Shown: one piece after another, positions 1 through 12,951 of the stretch
How the letters are laid out: every line of letters begins with the position of its first letter
Position numbering within the stretch: position 1 is the stretch's first letter
NCBI GenBank assembly: GCA_951406725.2
Contig: OX597815.1
Span: forward strand, 25,916,001-25,980,000
Direction: 5' to 3'
DNA from: Octopus vulgaris
Lineage: Eukaryota
DNA length: 64,000 nt
Made by a program: the position numbers and the translations under genes
Notes under the pieces: generated by a model
Seen by the model: the letters and a program-made list of their open reading frames with translations, nothing else
What the model was told of the DNA's origin: nothing
Databases searched by the model: none

Positions 1-73
1 GTATTATTGAAATATCTGAATAAAAAAAGTTGTGGCAAACACATGGTTATAGGGAAAATATATCCTTACAAAT

Positions 74-351
74 AACCGACCGACCAACCAACCAACCAAC
101 CAGCTGACCGACCGACCGACCAACTAACCAACCAACCAACCAACTAACCGACCGACCGACCAACCAACCAACCAACCAACCAGCCAACCAACTGACCGAC
201 CGACCGACCATCCAACCAACCAACCAACCAAACCAACCAACCAACCAACCAACCAACTGTCCGACCGACCGACAGGCCGACTGACCAACCAGCCAACCAG
301 CCAACGGACCAACCGACCGACCGACCAACCAACTAGCCAACCAACCAACCA
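74..351. repeat. Compound (ACCA)n/(ACCG)n tetranucleotide microsatellite
   Basis: Direct reading; explains the WLVG-type ORFs at 47-409. Confidence 0.95.
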
Positions 352-707
352 GCTTATGAGCCACATAGTGTCTTGATCTAAAATCCAATTCTTGTTGCAG
401 TCTGTACAATGATTACAAAGAAAATGAAAGTCGTCCCGTGGGTTGAGTAAATATAGCTAAAAAGAAAAAGAAATAACGCTAATATGTTTTTATGTCGTAA
501 GAAAAAGTGGTTAAGCTTTCAAAGTGGAGCAAAATCGGGGCCATGTCTAGAGGTTTTGTCTCTTTACGCAACGCAAACGGCTACTGAGGTAACTTTAATA
601 GACTGCACTTCTAATAAGGCACATCGTCGATAACTTTTCGACTTCTTGAATTTTATCTTTAGAGTTTTTTTTCCCGCGTTTGACTTCAATAATGATTATT
701 TCCTAAG

Positions 708-962
708 GTTGTGTGATGAAGGAATTCGCTTCGCAACCGCATAGTTTTGGGTTCAGTTCTACCGTACAAGTGTCTTCAGTCCCCTGAAGAAGTGTCTTCT
801 ACTATATAGCCTTGGGCTGACCACTGCCATGTGAGAGGATTTGGTAGACGAAAACTGTGTGGAAGTCCGCCTTCTTCCCTTCTTTCCTGAGCGTCCAATA
901 ATATTTTATTTGTTCCACATCCTTGCGTTGTTGTCTTTTTGTTTTCTTGTTTGGATTAACTT

Positions 963-1011
<49 letters not shown>

Positions 1012-1228
1012 CTGTCTGTGTTTATCTCTCACCGTCTGAAATTACGTCCCTGTAACTTGATAGTTCAGCATAAAAGACACTTCTAGAATAAGTGACTCAC
1101 TTAAAATAAGCACTAGGCATATCTCATTGACAAAAAAAAAAATCAAAAAACAAAAAGAAGATACCTTTCAAATTAGCACCTCAGCATGGCCGGGGTGCAA
1201 TGGCAAAAACAAGTAAGAGAATAAAAGA
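708..1228 (+). mobile_element. tRNA-derived SINE family B (CORE-like, internal TA/TG microsatellite), interrupted at ~870-962
   Basis: B-box-like GGGTTCAGTTC, AAGTGTCTTCTACTATA, GGTAGACGAAAACTG and 3' half ending CAGCATGGCC...AAACAAGTAAGAGAATA are shared with many copies in the window. Confidence 0.75.
868..962 (+). mobile_element. 5'-truncated 3' end of hammerhead-bearing element family A
   Basis: TTCCTGAGCGTCCAATA...GTTTGGATTAACTTT(ATAT)n matches 1850-1938 and 44179-44265. Confidence 0.8.
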
Positions 1229-1728
1229 ACGTACTCTTCACAGAGAAGTAAAACAAAGAAAAGATGTAAACTTCGGTTTCAAGACAAATTAGTAATCTCC
1301 GCTTTGCAGTCCTATTAGGAGATAAAAAGAGTAATTAGCGAAAAGATAATCGAAATGGTGGATAAAGAAGAATGAAGTGAGAGTGGATCTTTTTGTTTAC
1401 GACTTAATGATCGACTGACTTTTAACCTCGCCTGATAAGATAGAACCCTGTTTTATTCGTATATAAACTTATCTTACAATATTTACATCTTCATTAAGCT
1501 TTGTTTTTTTCCCTTCCCCCAATAGTTAAGGAGGAGCATTGTTCCCTAGAAAAATTTTTTTTTATTCCTGAACTAAGCGTTATACAGTTCTTATTCACAT
1601 GATACATACATATTTTTGAATTAAGACATGTGATAGCGACCAGAGAGAAGAAAGCAAATTAAACAAAGCAAATGTAAATATAAAAAATATTTCAACTCTG
1701 AAAATATGATTAAGAGTATATATATAAT

Positions 1729-1933
1729 GTGACCGCGTGTGTACCGTTGGCGATTTTTCCCCTCCGTCTTCCCTTCTCTGGATCTTACCTTTTCCTATGT
1801 TTCTGACGAAGAATTCCGCTCGAAACGTTAAACCCTCCTTCTTCCCTTCCTTCCTGAGCGTCCAATATAGTACTATATTTGTTTCACGTCCACGTTCTCG
1901 CGTTTTCTCTTTGTGTTTTCAATGTTTGGATTA

Positions 1934-1938
<5 letters not shown>
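1729..1938 (+). mobile_element. (TA)n-flanked non-autonomous element, family A (Penelope pLTR/retrozyme-like)
   Basis: Close homolog at 44058-44265; contains a hammerhead core; ends in (TA)n. Confidence 0.8.
1799..1833 (+). ncRNA. Minimal type-I hammerhead ribozyme (stem II partly mutated)
   Basis: GTTT-CTGACGA-A-GAAT.TCC.GCTC-GAAA-CG-TT-AAAC: stem I GTTT/AAAC, palindromic stem III ACGT. Confidence 0.7.
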
Positions 1939-1986
<48 letters not shown>

Positions 1987-3310
1987 GAGTGTGCGAGTGT
2001 GTTCGTGTGTGTGTGTGTGTGTGTGTTTGTGTGTGTTAAAATATGAATATATGTCTGTGCATACTGTTATATGTTTTAATACACACTTCAGAAATAATAT
2101 TTGATTTTCTCGTCTTCTAATTTTGTAATTATGGCAATTATTTTCTGATAATTGTTAATTGTTTTCTGCCATCAAAATAACCTGAAGTAAAAATTTTATA
2201 AGCAAATGTTACACTTGTCTACGCAAACAATGCTTAAGTTAGCTCTGAAGTCCAGTATCTAAAACTATCACAACGAATTTCATATATTTATTATGAAACA
2301 TACGGTGTAGATAAAATTGGACGGCAGAAACCAAAGCAAAATAATGCAAGAAAGATTTATGTGACGTTTGGCATAGTAATGGGTCTTGAGAATGTATTTT
2401 CGTTAATCCGATTACAGGGTTCTTTCAAATCCCCGATCAGAACCTACCGTAATCTCTTGTGCCATAGAACCTATCAACCATCTCTTAAGAAAATTTATAG
2501 AAAGCAGATTGACGGTATATCGGCTACACAGCCGATATACCTTCAATTCGACTGATTAATTTCTTTTTATCCTGGTGCTGTGGATTGGTTAAATTGGTAG
2601 AACTTTGGGCAAAATGTCTTGTGTTTATTTACGTTTTAGTTTCAAATAATTTCTCAGGGGGCTGCTTTGCCGTTCACGTTTGTAGAGATGGTAAAAAGCG
2701 CACTCAAGAACTAGAGTCGATATCAATATAACCCCACCAATTACACACCGCGCGCCCACACACAGACACAGACACACACGCACGCACGCACATACACACA
2801 CACACACCACAAAAATAATTTTAATAAAAATTATAAACTGAAAAATGACACCTAAAAAACAGTTAGGAACATGAGAATACAAGGTTCACAGCCAGAAATG
2901 GTTACAAGTGTTGACACCTTTGCAGTAGAGTACGGCAGTGGTCAGCGCTGAGGAAACTAGCAACATTTACCACTCCACACATATGTACTTCCCTGCATGT
3001 TTTTAGATACTTTTAATTGACATTTTGTACTGGACAAATAAAGGATTATTGTTGAATCGTTAGAGCGTAGGAAAAATATCAAAAGATATTTTTTCCAGCT
3101 CTTTTAAGTACTGCGTTCGAATCCTGCTGTGTTCACCTATTGTTTTCTCCTTTTCAGGGTCGATAAAATAAAGTACCAGTTAAGTATGTGGTCGATGCAA
3201 TCGACTAAACACTTCCCAGATTATTTTGCGCCTAAATCGGCCCCAATACATATTCTATCAGTAATTTTGCGCCTAAATTTGAAACAAATTTTATAATTGT
3301 TACATCGGTG

Positions 3311-3710
3311 AAGGCGGCGAGTTGGCAGATTCGTTAGCACGCCGGGCGAAATGCTTAGCGTTATTTCGTCTGTCGCTACGTCCTGAGTTCAAATTCCGCC
3401 GAGGTCGACTTTGCCTTTCATCCTTTCGGGGTCGATTAAATAAGTACCAGTTACGCACTGGGGTCGATATAATCGACTTAATCCGTTTGTCTGTCCTTGT
3501 TTGTCCTTTCTGTGTTTAGCCCCTTGTGGGTAGTAAAGAAATAGGTATTTCGTCTGCCGTTACGTTGTGAGTTCAAATTCCGCTGAGGTCGACTTTGCTT
3601 TTCATGCTTTCGAGGTTTACGTAATAAATACCGGTTGAGCACTGGAGTCGATATAATCGTCTAGCCCCAACTTCCCCAAATTTCCGGCCTTGTGCCTATA
3701 GTAGAAAATA
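3311..3710 (+). mobile_element. tRNA-derived SINE family A, full copy plus partial second copy
   Basis: AAGGCGGCGAGTTGGCAG head, GAGTTCAAATTCC B-box, conserved GCCTTTCATCCTTTCGGGGTCGAT..AAGTACCAG central domain; more than 10 copies in the window. Confidence 0.9.
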
Positions 3711-5044
3711 TTATTATTTTTGCAGTTGTTGCGAGAATCGTAATGCCAAAGACAACGGTGAAAGTGTAGTGGAACTGATGATGCTAGCATAGGAGTTGAT
3801 ACTGTTATCGTTGGTATTGTTGTTGTTGTTGTTGATGATGATGATGAGGATAATATAGCCACGTCATTCAAGATAGATGAAAAAATGCTTAATAGGATTT
3901 TAACGCCGAAAACTACTACATCTATAGAAAATTTTTGTTTCTTTACACGAAAAGAGTTGGAAATTGCTGCCTATATTTACCAAAATTCTAAAGATTTTCT
4001 CCAGTCATGACTAATTTCAGCCAACTGCAATACTTCATCTAACTTAGTCAATTAACTTGAAATTTTCTTTTCGCCAACAATTTGACTTGATTCCTTTCGA
4101 TTTAATACCAAACCCTTTGTAAAGTTAGATTAGTTACGCAGAATATTATCAAAGGTTATGAAAATATATGGATTGGTAATCAGTTTTACAATTTCAATGC
4201 TTATGAATCTTTTCTCTATCTCAAAAATGACTTTGAAAGCTACTTGTCTGGCCCTGTTTGTTGAACGCACTGAAGGATTTATTTGCAAAAAGAAAAAGTT
4301 TTAGCCTCGAAGTGGCACTTGTTGCACCATTTCTTTTTATTTCTTAACCAATATCCTTCGACAATATGGACTTCATCGATTCAAGCGTTTATTTGTTAAC
4401 ATTTTACAATGGACTTTTGTGCCCGAGAATTCTCATAAGATCTTCTCAAGGAATTTTCCTTAAAATAGCTTTTCTTTTCTGAAAACAATTTCCCTTAAAG
4501 CTTCATTTATTGATAATCTTTTGAGTAAAAATATATTCCACTAAGAGTTTTCTGCTTATTAAACTTTGTCGAAATCTACTTAAAACTACATATTTGACAG
4601 TATTTTGTCATTTTTTTCAATCTCACACTAAGCCACTAGATTTTAAATTAAATATTGACTACGTAATTATAATGATGGTCGATATTGCCATCGAAAGAAT
4701 TAGAGGAAGTTCTGACCACTGTATGGTAGGCTGTGTGATCCATCTGCAGGCCATATAAAAGCATGTACTTGGTCTTTAAGACCAGATGTATGCTTCTGTA
4801 TACTCGTATCTTGTTAGTTTAATACTACCAATTAACTAGTTTAGCTTAATTCTACCAAGGATTTATCAGTCTCAATATTAGCGATATCTTTATCAAATTC
4901 ACGGTGCAATTTTCTCAATGAATCATGCATAACGTACTCACATTGGGCTTAAAGACCCTAATATTTTCATTCCAATTACTGAGTATAAAATTTCTTTAAC
5001 CTCACTGGGGGCACTACGCAGAAACAAATCGGCCCCCAATACAT

Positions 5045-5156
5045 ATTCTATCAGTATCTTTTGCTGAACAGGTAAGTTGTGGCCACGGGAACAGCCAATA
5101 CTGGTTGTCAAGCGATAGGGGAGCGAACACAAAAATATACACATAAAAGCATACAA

Positions 5157-5196
<40 letters not shown>

Positions 5197-5368
5197 TTGT
5201 GTATACAACAGGCTTCTACAGAGTTTCTGTCAAACCATACTAACTCATAAGGTGTTAGTCGAATCGGGGCTGTAGTAGAAGAATTTGTGCAAAGTGCAGT
5301 ATTGTGAAAGTGAACCCAAAACTCCGCGGTTGAAAAGTAAGCTCTTTAGCCACACAGCTATGCCTGCA
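5045..5368 (-). mobile_element. SINE family B copy (degenerate)
   Basis: Reverse-complement match to family B head and body with internal (CA)n(TA)n. Confidence 0.7.
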
Positions 5369-8300
5369 ACAGTTTACCTGAATACAGTTATTAAGAATAT
5401 TAGTCCCACTATAAACTATAGAATCCACAAGAAATCAACAATAGTAATTAAAAACGAAGGTGAAAAAAAAAAAAGAAGCAAACACATTTTTTTAATCTTT
5501 CAATGAAGCCAGCGAATATTTAACTTTTTAAAAAAATATAAATACCGGTATTCAATATTCTTTACAGGAAAGGATAAAAAGAAATATTCCATTTTGTTAT
5601 ATTTTTGTTATATTCTACTAGACTTTCTAAGAAGAAGCCACATTAATTTACTTAGATACACAACTCCAATTTTTCGTCACTCACCATTCTATGTATAAGA
5701 AATTGCCATTATACTATTTAAGAATTTAACTAGCTTAACGTGCTACAATTAGTGCTAACGTTGTGTGAATCATTCCCCTAATATAACCCGAAATATCTAT
5801 ACTTTTGATTAACCACTAATAAATAATTTCCAATTACCAAAATTAAACTTTAAGTGATACACTTTTAGCTTTATATATAAAGAGGTTAATTAATTTTTAG
5901 AAGTTCTTGTTTTTGCTTTAACTTTATTGACTTCTGAATATTGATTTTCAATGGGTTATATTAACTATTAGACTATTAGCCAGATAACATACTTCCCAAC
6001 ACACGATGATATATGATATTAAATATGCGACAAAAGAAGATGGGAGAAATCTGCATTCATGTACCAAGAGGCTCCTAAGAAGAATACTATATCTTAAATA
6101 AATTCACCCGACACACTTATTGTTCCAGGCTGTTTTACTTTATGGTTAATTCTTAAACTTGTATATTACAATTTATAGCCAATTACTGACCAAGTAGAAT
6201 CTTTTTTTACAGTTGGTTACCAGCTTGCTATGTAGGACTTTATTGCCAGACACTCTTCTAACACACTGAACTTTACACTACAAATGTGCACAGTTTGATA
6301 ACAAAATTCGAGAAAAGCAGAAAAAAAAAATGTCGTTTCACACTCGAAGGATGATTTATGTGCGGAGAACAAATTCACTTTCGTTTTTTTTTTTTGCCTG
6401 CATTTTTTTTATTTTATTGTTTTTTTATCTGTTAAAACTCTGTTTACTTAAGGAAAAGGTAAATAAAAAGCGAAATAGATATAAATAATCAATGAATACC
6501 TTTCTCGTATATGATTGATTACAGCCAATAAAAGGATAAAACGTGTTATTCTTTAGTAATAATTATACAGAGCAGCAGCGACAGATGGTGAAGATGTAAA
6601 ATAAATTGTGAAAAATAAAAGTCAATCTATTGTAGAACGCCGTACATTTTCTATTGTGCTTACGTCGATCACTTGCTTTGCAAATGATGGCTTCATCTAG
6701 CGTCGTCGGTGAAGCTGTGCTCACAGAATGTTCTGCCACATCATTACTTGATTATTAAAACCATGCATCAAACTCATTTGAAGAACATTAGTTAACCTTC
6801 ATATTAAACATCTTTAATTCGTGTGTTTCCCGATGTCGGTATTGCACTGCTCTTTCCCCACGACAGCGAACATAAATAATACTGCATGATTCATTATAAA
6901 TCACAGAGGTAGCTGTTTTTATTCCAGGTGTCGCAAGTTATCTTTTATGATATTCTTGTTGGACCATTTTGGTCAGTGAATAATCTTTATATGAAAATAT
7001 TCGTTTGATTAACACTTGCACCACGAAAAGACAGGCTACGTCTTTTATTAATTTTATGTTCTGTTTGAAATACATCAATCGAGTGGTTAAAGATTTCTGC
7101 TTTGCTTTGTATAAGTATATAACACAACATGATATCTACATCTAAACTTCATGCTTATATAAACATTTAATGTTTTCTCCTTTTATAATATTGACTTGCT
7201 ATTTGAGTACAGGGGATATCAATTCATCGGAAAAGGGAAATGAAATTCTGTGGCGATCAAGCATTTTTCATGAGGTTTAGCTGGTGAGGTGAGATGACTT
7301 CAACTGGAATTTATTGGTTGGAGAGAGCTTGATTCTGAATGGGGTTTGCTTAATCGTCTCGTATAATCGAATTATCCAAAATGTCATTTTGTTTTAAGGA
7401 AGAGTGTTATGGATTCCTTATACCCGAGTGTAACATTGCTATTTTTTATCGCCCATACATACATCAGCGATATTTTGATACTACTTGTAGAAATATATAC
7501 CTGTCGACAGTAAAGAATACAGTCCTGTGTTTGAATTATTTTTCTCCACCAACCTCTTTACATCATTAGATGTATTTGTAAGTTCCGCAGGAAACGTATA
7601 CAGTGAATTGGCTTATCAATATTAGAGAAATCTGAGAGGAATATTTTGATAATATGTTGAATGCAGGATGTAGGGAGACGGGACTAAAAATTGACATATG
7701 AATCTTTCATATTTATCCTCTTGTAACATGCAATGTTGAGCGTAGAAAAATAAATTGAGATTAATGCTTATTTTTACAACAAAAGGACTGGTAGTAACTG
7801 AGAATTATATGCAAGGGTAGTAGCATTATTACGACTCTGGAAAAAATTTTCTGAGTTCAAATTCCACCGTAGCCTACTTTACTTTTATCACCTCGTGTCT
7901 ACAAGATAATCAGTCCTAGGAGTATAGATGGTGTGTTTGTTCAATCAACTATATTTCTCTTCTGTGCCTATGTAAGTTATAGCACATAATTAGGCCTTAA
8001 ACAAGTGAAGTTTTAATGTTTTCAGCATTTTATTTTCGTCGTCCATGCACATACGTGAGGTATAAGGGCGAACTCGTTGAGTCCAGTACCATAGAAAGGA
8101 TGCAAACTTTCAAACAATACAGTTCACGATCTACTTTTGATTCCTATTGTAAACATTCCACATCACTTACAACGAACATAATTCTTAGCAGCATGAACAT
8201 CGTGCACTCTCATTTCCTGTATTAATTCGAAAGCTTCTCTAAACGGACGAAAACTCTTCTATCGATTCTATGTCGTTGTCTATCTTATTAGTATTTCAAG

Positions 8301-8809
8301 ATGGCATTCGTATATTTTTAAACTAAACAATACAAGACAATGGGTGTAAAAACAGCATAATTAAGGAATGGAAAGATTTATAGCACCCCCTCCCCATCAA
8401 TCCAATTTGAAAGCCGATATATTTACAAGAATTGGTATTATCAGAGAAAATTGTTGCATACATATTATTGATCTCTAACTGTCCAGTCCAGTGATCAACT
8501 TCGATTGGATTCTTTCAAATTTCGACACAGTAAACATTAGCTGATTAGATAATCTCTCTAGGACATTTTCGGATGGAAATCGAAGCAATTTAATTTAATA
8601 GTTCTTAGAAGCGTTTAGTATCATAAGTATCGCATAAATATACATTCATATAATTCTCTCTCTCTTCTTTATCTAAATTCTGCAGGTTTGAGTTATGTCT
8701 GTAGAATTATTGTTAATTCTTTACTGGCGCGCAATATTATCAGACATCAGTTGTCTTCTAAATCTTTCGTACAATATTAGAAGCTTTAATAATCTTTTCT
8801 GCTATAGGA

Positions 8810-9222
8810 GGTGCTCGTCAATAATATTGACTTAGTTCATGACTGATACTTATTTATCGTCTCCGAAAGGATAAAAGGAAAAGTCAACCTCAGCGGAAAG
8901 TGAACTTAGAATGTAAAAACAAACGAAATGCTGCTAAGCAATTTTGTCTGACGTGCCAACAATTCTGCCATCTCACTGCCTTATTAGAAGCCTTAATAAA
9001 TAATATTTTCAAATTTTGGCACAGTGACAACGATTTCGGGAGAGGGTCAAGTCGATTGCATCGATCCCCACAGTAATCAACAGGAACTTATTTTATCGAC
9101 CCCGAAAGGATGAAAGGTAAAGTCGATCGCGGCAGAATTTGAACACAGAACATGAAGCCGGACGAACTGTCGGTAAGCATTTCACCCGACGTGCTAGCGA
9201 TTCTGCCAGCTCGCCGCTTTAT
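8810..9222 (-). mobile_element. Two tandem SINE family A copies
   Basis: ATCGACCCCGAAAGGATGAAAGG...TTCTGCCAGCTCGCCGC seen twice. Confidence 0.8.
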
Positions 9223-10224
9223 TAGCTTTAATAAGTATTAATTTGTTTTTTGGCATATATCGTTCGCGCATCAAATCCTTACATTCAATTAACACCAGAT
9301 TCATCGCTGAATGTTGGTGCGAAACTGGCGCTACAAAAAATGTAACAATCTGGACAGTTGACAGAGTTTATTTCATTCCAGTTTCTCTACTTTTATATCT
9401 GTTACAATACAGTGTAAGAAGCCATCATTCAATAGATTAGTGTCGATATTAGATTAGAATTCTATGATGCTTTGAGTTACAGATATCTGAGTCTATAGAG
9501 GATTAACCTTTTAGCATTCAGATTAATTTGTCACATGTAATGCTTATTTGTTCACATTATTTTGAATTAATCAGGTTCAAGAGGAGTGTCCACAATATTT
9601 GCTTGTAACTTTGTTAATTTTTTTACATACAGACTTGAAATTTTGTCAGTATGTGCTTATATACCAGTGGTTTACAGTTATGTAATTTTGGCTGATCTTT
9701 CTGATTGAATTTGATTTTTATGAGACGGTAAATTTAATTAACAGGTGTAAAAGTAATAACATTATCGATAAACACTAAAATTGAAACTCTTAATGTATCT
9801 TACCTGTTTGATTTGTGACTAAAATTATCCCAGATGTCAACCGCCAACAATTTTACCACTTTTCATGATGAAGTACATTAATTTGCATTATTTAAAATAC
9901 AGGTATAATTGATACAATATTGTATTCTTTCTCTATATTTCATTCAAACATTTCATTGAAAATAAAGTACAAAACTCTTTTATTTGCCAATATAACATTG
10001 TCTATATACTCTTATACAATTTAATGAGTACATTTACATAACAGAATGCATCTAATAAAAAGCTCATTAACAGGTGAAACAAAGGTGAATACAGGTGTAT
10101 AACATACTGAAAATTAATATGTAATTCTCACTTTCACATAGTTGCAATAAAATGAAAGGAATATATAATTGTATGTCTATCAAACTACAAAGTATAACGA
10201 GGTCATATATCTGTCATGAAATTG

Positions 10225-12951
10225 TCCAAAGCATTTTTACACAAGGACACTTTGCAAAATGAACATATAAACGAAGTTTCAACTTGATACTGTTAGGCAG
10301 CTTTTCGTTGCAACAAACACAATCTGCAAACTTTATTTCTTCCATTTATTCTTTCTACTTTATGACAGTTAATATTATCCCTATTGACATCATCCTCAGT
10401 TAATTTTGTTTTTCTCCCAGTTCTGTGCTTTCTGGAAGAAAAGCCCTCACGTAACTGAGATATCAACTCGAAATTTCATATGGTCGTAGTCCTTTGATGG
10501 CGGAGGTACTTTGTGGCTTTTTACATAAATAGTATAGGAGTTAATAGTTAAAAATCACTAAAAACCACAAAATGTATCTCCACCATTTCTTTCCAGGTCC
10601 TCCGACTGAGTATTATGTCCGATACTGATCGGATTTGTTGACACCACCCTTATATTTGTTATAGGAAATATTTAGTGCGGGTTTCCTCTCAGCTCCAACA
10701 CCAGGCTGTTCATTGGTGGACAGGAATAAAATTTATCGTTTGTCTTTATATAATGTTACAAGCAAATTTTCTTTTTGCCTTTGAAGAATGTCGCCTCTTT
10801 TTTAACTTTGTTTTTATTTCACGGGGTAGCCTTTTGCGATTGCTCATCACAGTACTACACAATAAGTGTTTTCATGGGCAAGATGTTCCGCCAAAGCCAC
10901 TGAAGGAAAGAAAAACGGTCGAAATACAGGTGTCGGTGTTGATGGGGAAATGGTTAAGCTAGAAACTATACTACGTCGCACCTCAATCCATATGGTCTGT
11001 CATCATTATATATTTTTCCCTGTGTGGACATCAAAGTTTGCACAATACCCCGTGTCTGATTCACAGAGTTCCCATACTTTAATGCCCCATTTAATGGATT
11101 TAACAGGCATGTTTTGCTGAAAATGTATCCTACCCTTATAACCTATCATGACATCATCTGCACTGAGGTTTTCCCAAGACAGACACAGTGTTTATACTTA
11201 TCAGAACGTTAATTAAGAATTCAAGGAAAATATTAAAAAAATGTAAGAATCTGTAAATTGTGTGCTGGTGCCATGAGAAGTTGACTTCTGCACTTATTCC
11301 CTGTAAGCCTGGAGCTTATTCTATTAGTCTCTTCTGCTGAACAGTGAAGTTACAGGGACACAAACACACCAACATCAGTTGTCAAGCAATGGTGGTGGGG
11401 GACAAACATAGACAAACACACACACATACATATATATATGGCGGGCTTGGAAATGGTGGAGAGGCTGGGTGGTGCGATTTTGTGGTTTGCTGGTATGCCG
11501 AGAGAGATCCAGCTCTGTTTCTCATATTTTTCTAGGTACAGCTCAGAGTGTTTCAATTGAAAAACATATACTAATGTTTTTGTTTAAAAGGTGAAAATAT
11601 TTCTGAAATACTCTCCTAATATGCAAGGACACAGTATATAGGATACGCTAATTAATTTTATTGTAGGAAAGTAAAAAGTAAATGGAAAAAACAGAATATT
11701 TCTGATTTTGTTCGGCTCTATGAATTAATTTTTTCTTTTAAATGCTTTCGCCCATTACTTGATACAAGAAAAAAGAAATTGGTAAATCCTGACCAAAACA
11801 GAGAAATTGTAACTTAACAAAAAATATAGAAAGAGAAAGAAAAGGTTGTATTTGAAAGCCAAAATATGTTTTCTTTCTTAGCTGAGATGTAATATTATAA
11901 TTAAAACAAATTCAAAATTTAAATTTCGGAACGTAAGACTTAACATGTTATCAGATGTATGGCCGAATTCAAGTAGGTAGATGACCTAAAACAAATGTGA
12001 GTGTGTGTGCGTGTGAGCACGCGCGCGTTTTGTTGGGCCTTTAATACCTAGGGATCAGTTTCAGTTCAATAGTAGAAAGGAATTCAAATACCTATCAGCC
12101 ACTCCCTCTCTCTCTCTCACTGCCTCTCTCCTTTGCTGGACACACGCGTCAGATTTAAGTGTCTTAATTTTCTCATTGAAATCGTTGATGCTTTGGTGGC
12201 CCAGTAGGCATGTGTGTTGAGAAGTAGTAACACAACATAGGTGATGATTTCAAATATCTTCCAGAAATTTCAAGAGATCTAGTTAAAGACTTTTATTTAA
12301 GCAGCAAAATTTCTTTCTCTTAAGCGTGACACACGTGTCAAGTATGTACAGAACACAAATTTATACAGGGGGTTCGTAGTTTGGGTCATTCTTGCTGGGG
12401 GACATTAGCAGAATCAGATAAATATAAATATTGAGATATTTTTGGATACCTCGTTTTAGACATAATGCTAGAGATGTATGGATCACCATACCTTACATCA
12501 AGCCTCAGTAGTTCTATAATCAAGGAAGCTGCTTGATACCAAACACAATGTTTATGGTAAAAATAGCTCGTATTGGTTGGCTGCCACAATGAATGAGGTT
12601 TTCCATGAATAAAAATTATTCGTTGAGTATATTTATTCATTTCCTCCGCGACATTTTCAAATAAACTTTCAGGTAAAAATTAAAATAAGTAGTCCAATAG
12701 TTAAGCATTGGGACTGTTCTGTGAAAATCGGGAATTGTTGTCGATGTAGTAATTTTCGACCATATTGCCGTAATATTTTTAATATCATCATTTTCATCAC
12801 TTTCATTATCAAAATCTTCGTCGTCCGATGAAAATTCCTTAAAATCAATATCAGATTCGTCCGAAGACAAATTACTGTCGCTTTCTTTTACATTTTGTAA
12901 ATCATCAATCGTAAAACCTTCAAAGTCGGAATCGCTACTTGCCGACGCCAT
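10225..12951 (-). pseudogene. piggyBac transposase pseudogene (fragmented)
   Basis: Acidic N-terminus MASASSDSDFEGF (12637-12951); DVMIGYKGRIHFQQNMPVKSIKWGIKVWELCESDTGY (~11045-11155); YNKYKGGVNKSDQ..KKWWRYILWF (~10560-10665); Cys-rich C-terminus FICSFCKVSLC (~10240-10275). Confidence 0.85.
11290..11447 (-). mobile_element. SINE family B fragment nested in piggyBac
   Basis: AACACACCAACATCAGTTGTCAAGCAATGGTGGTGGGGGACAAAC motif. Confidence 0.7.

Noticed and set aside
3880-4790. Possible old DNA transposase remnant
   Set aside because: No motif could be read with confidence
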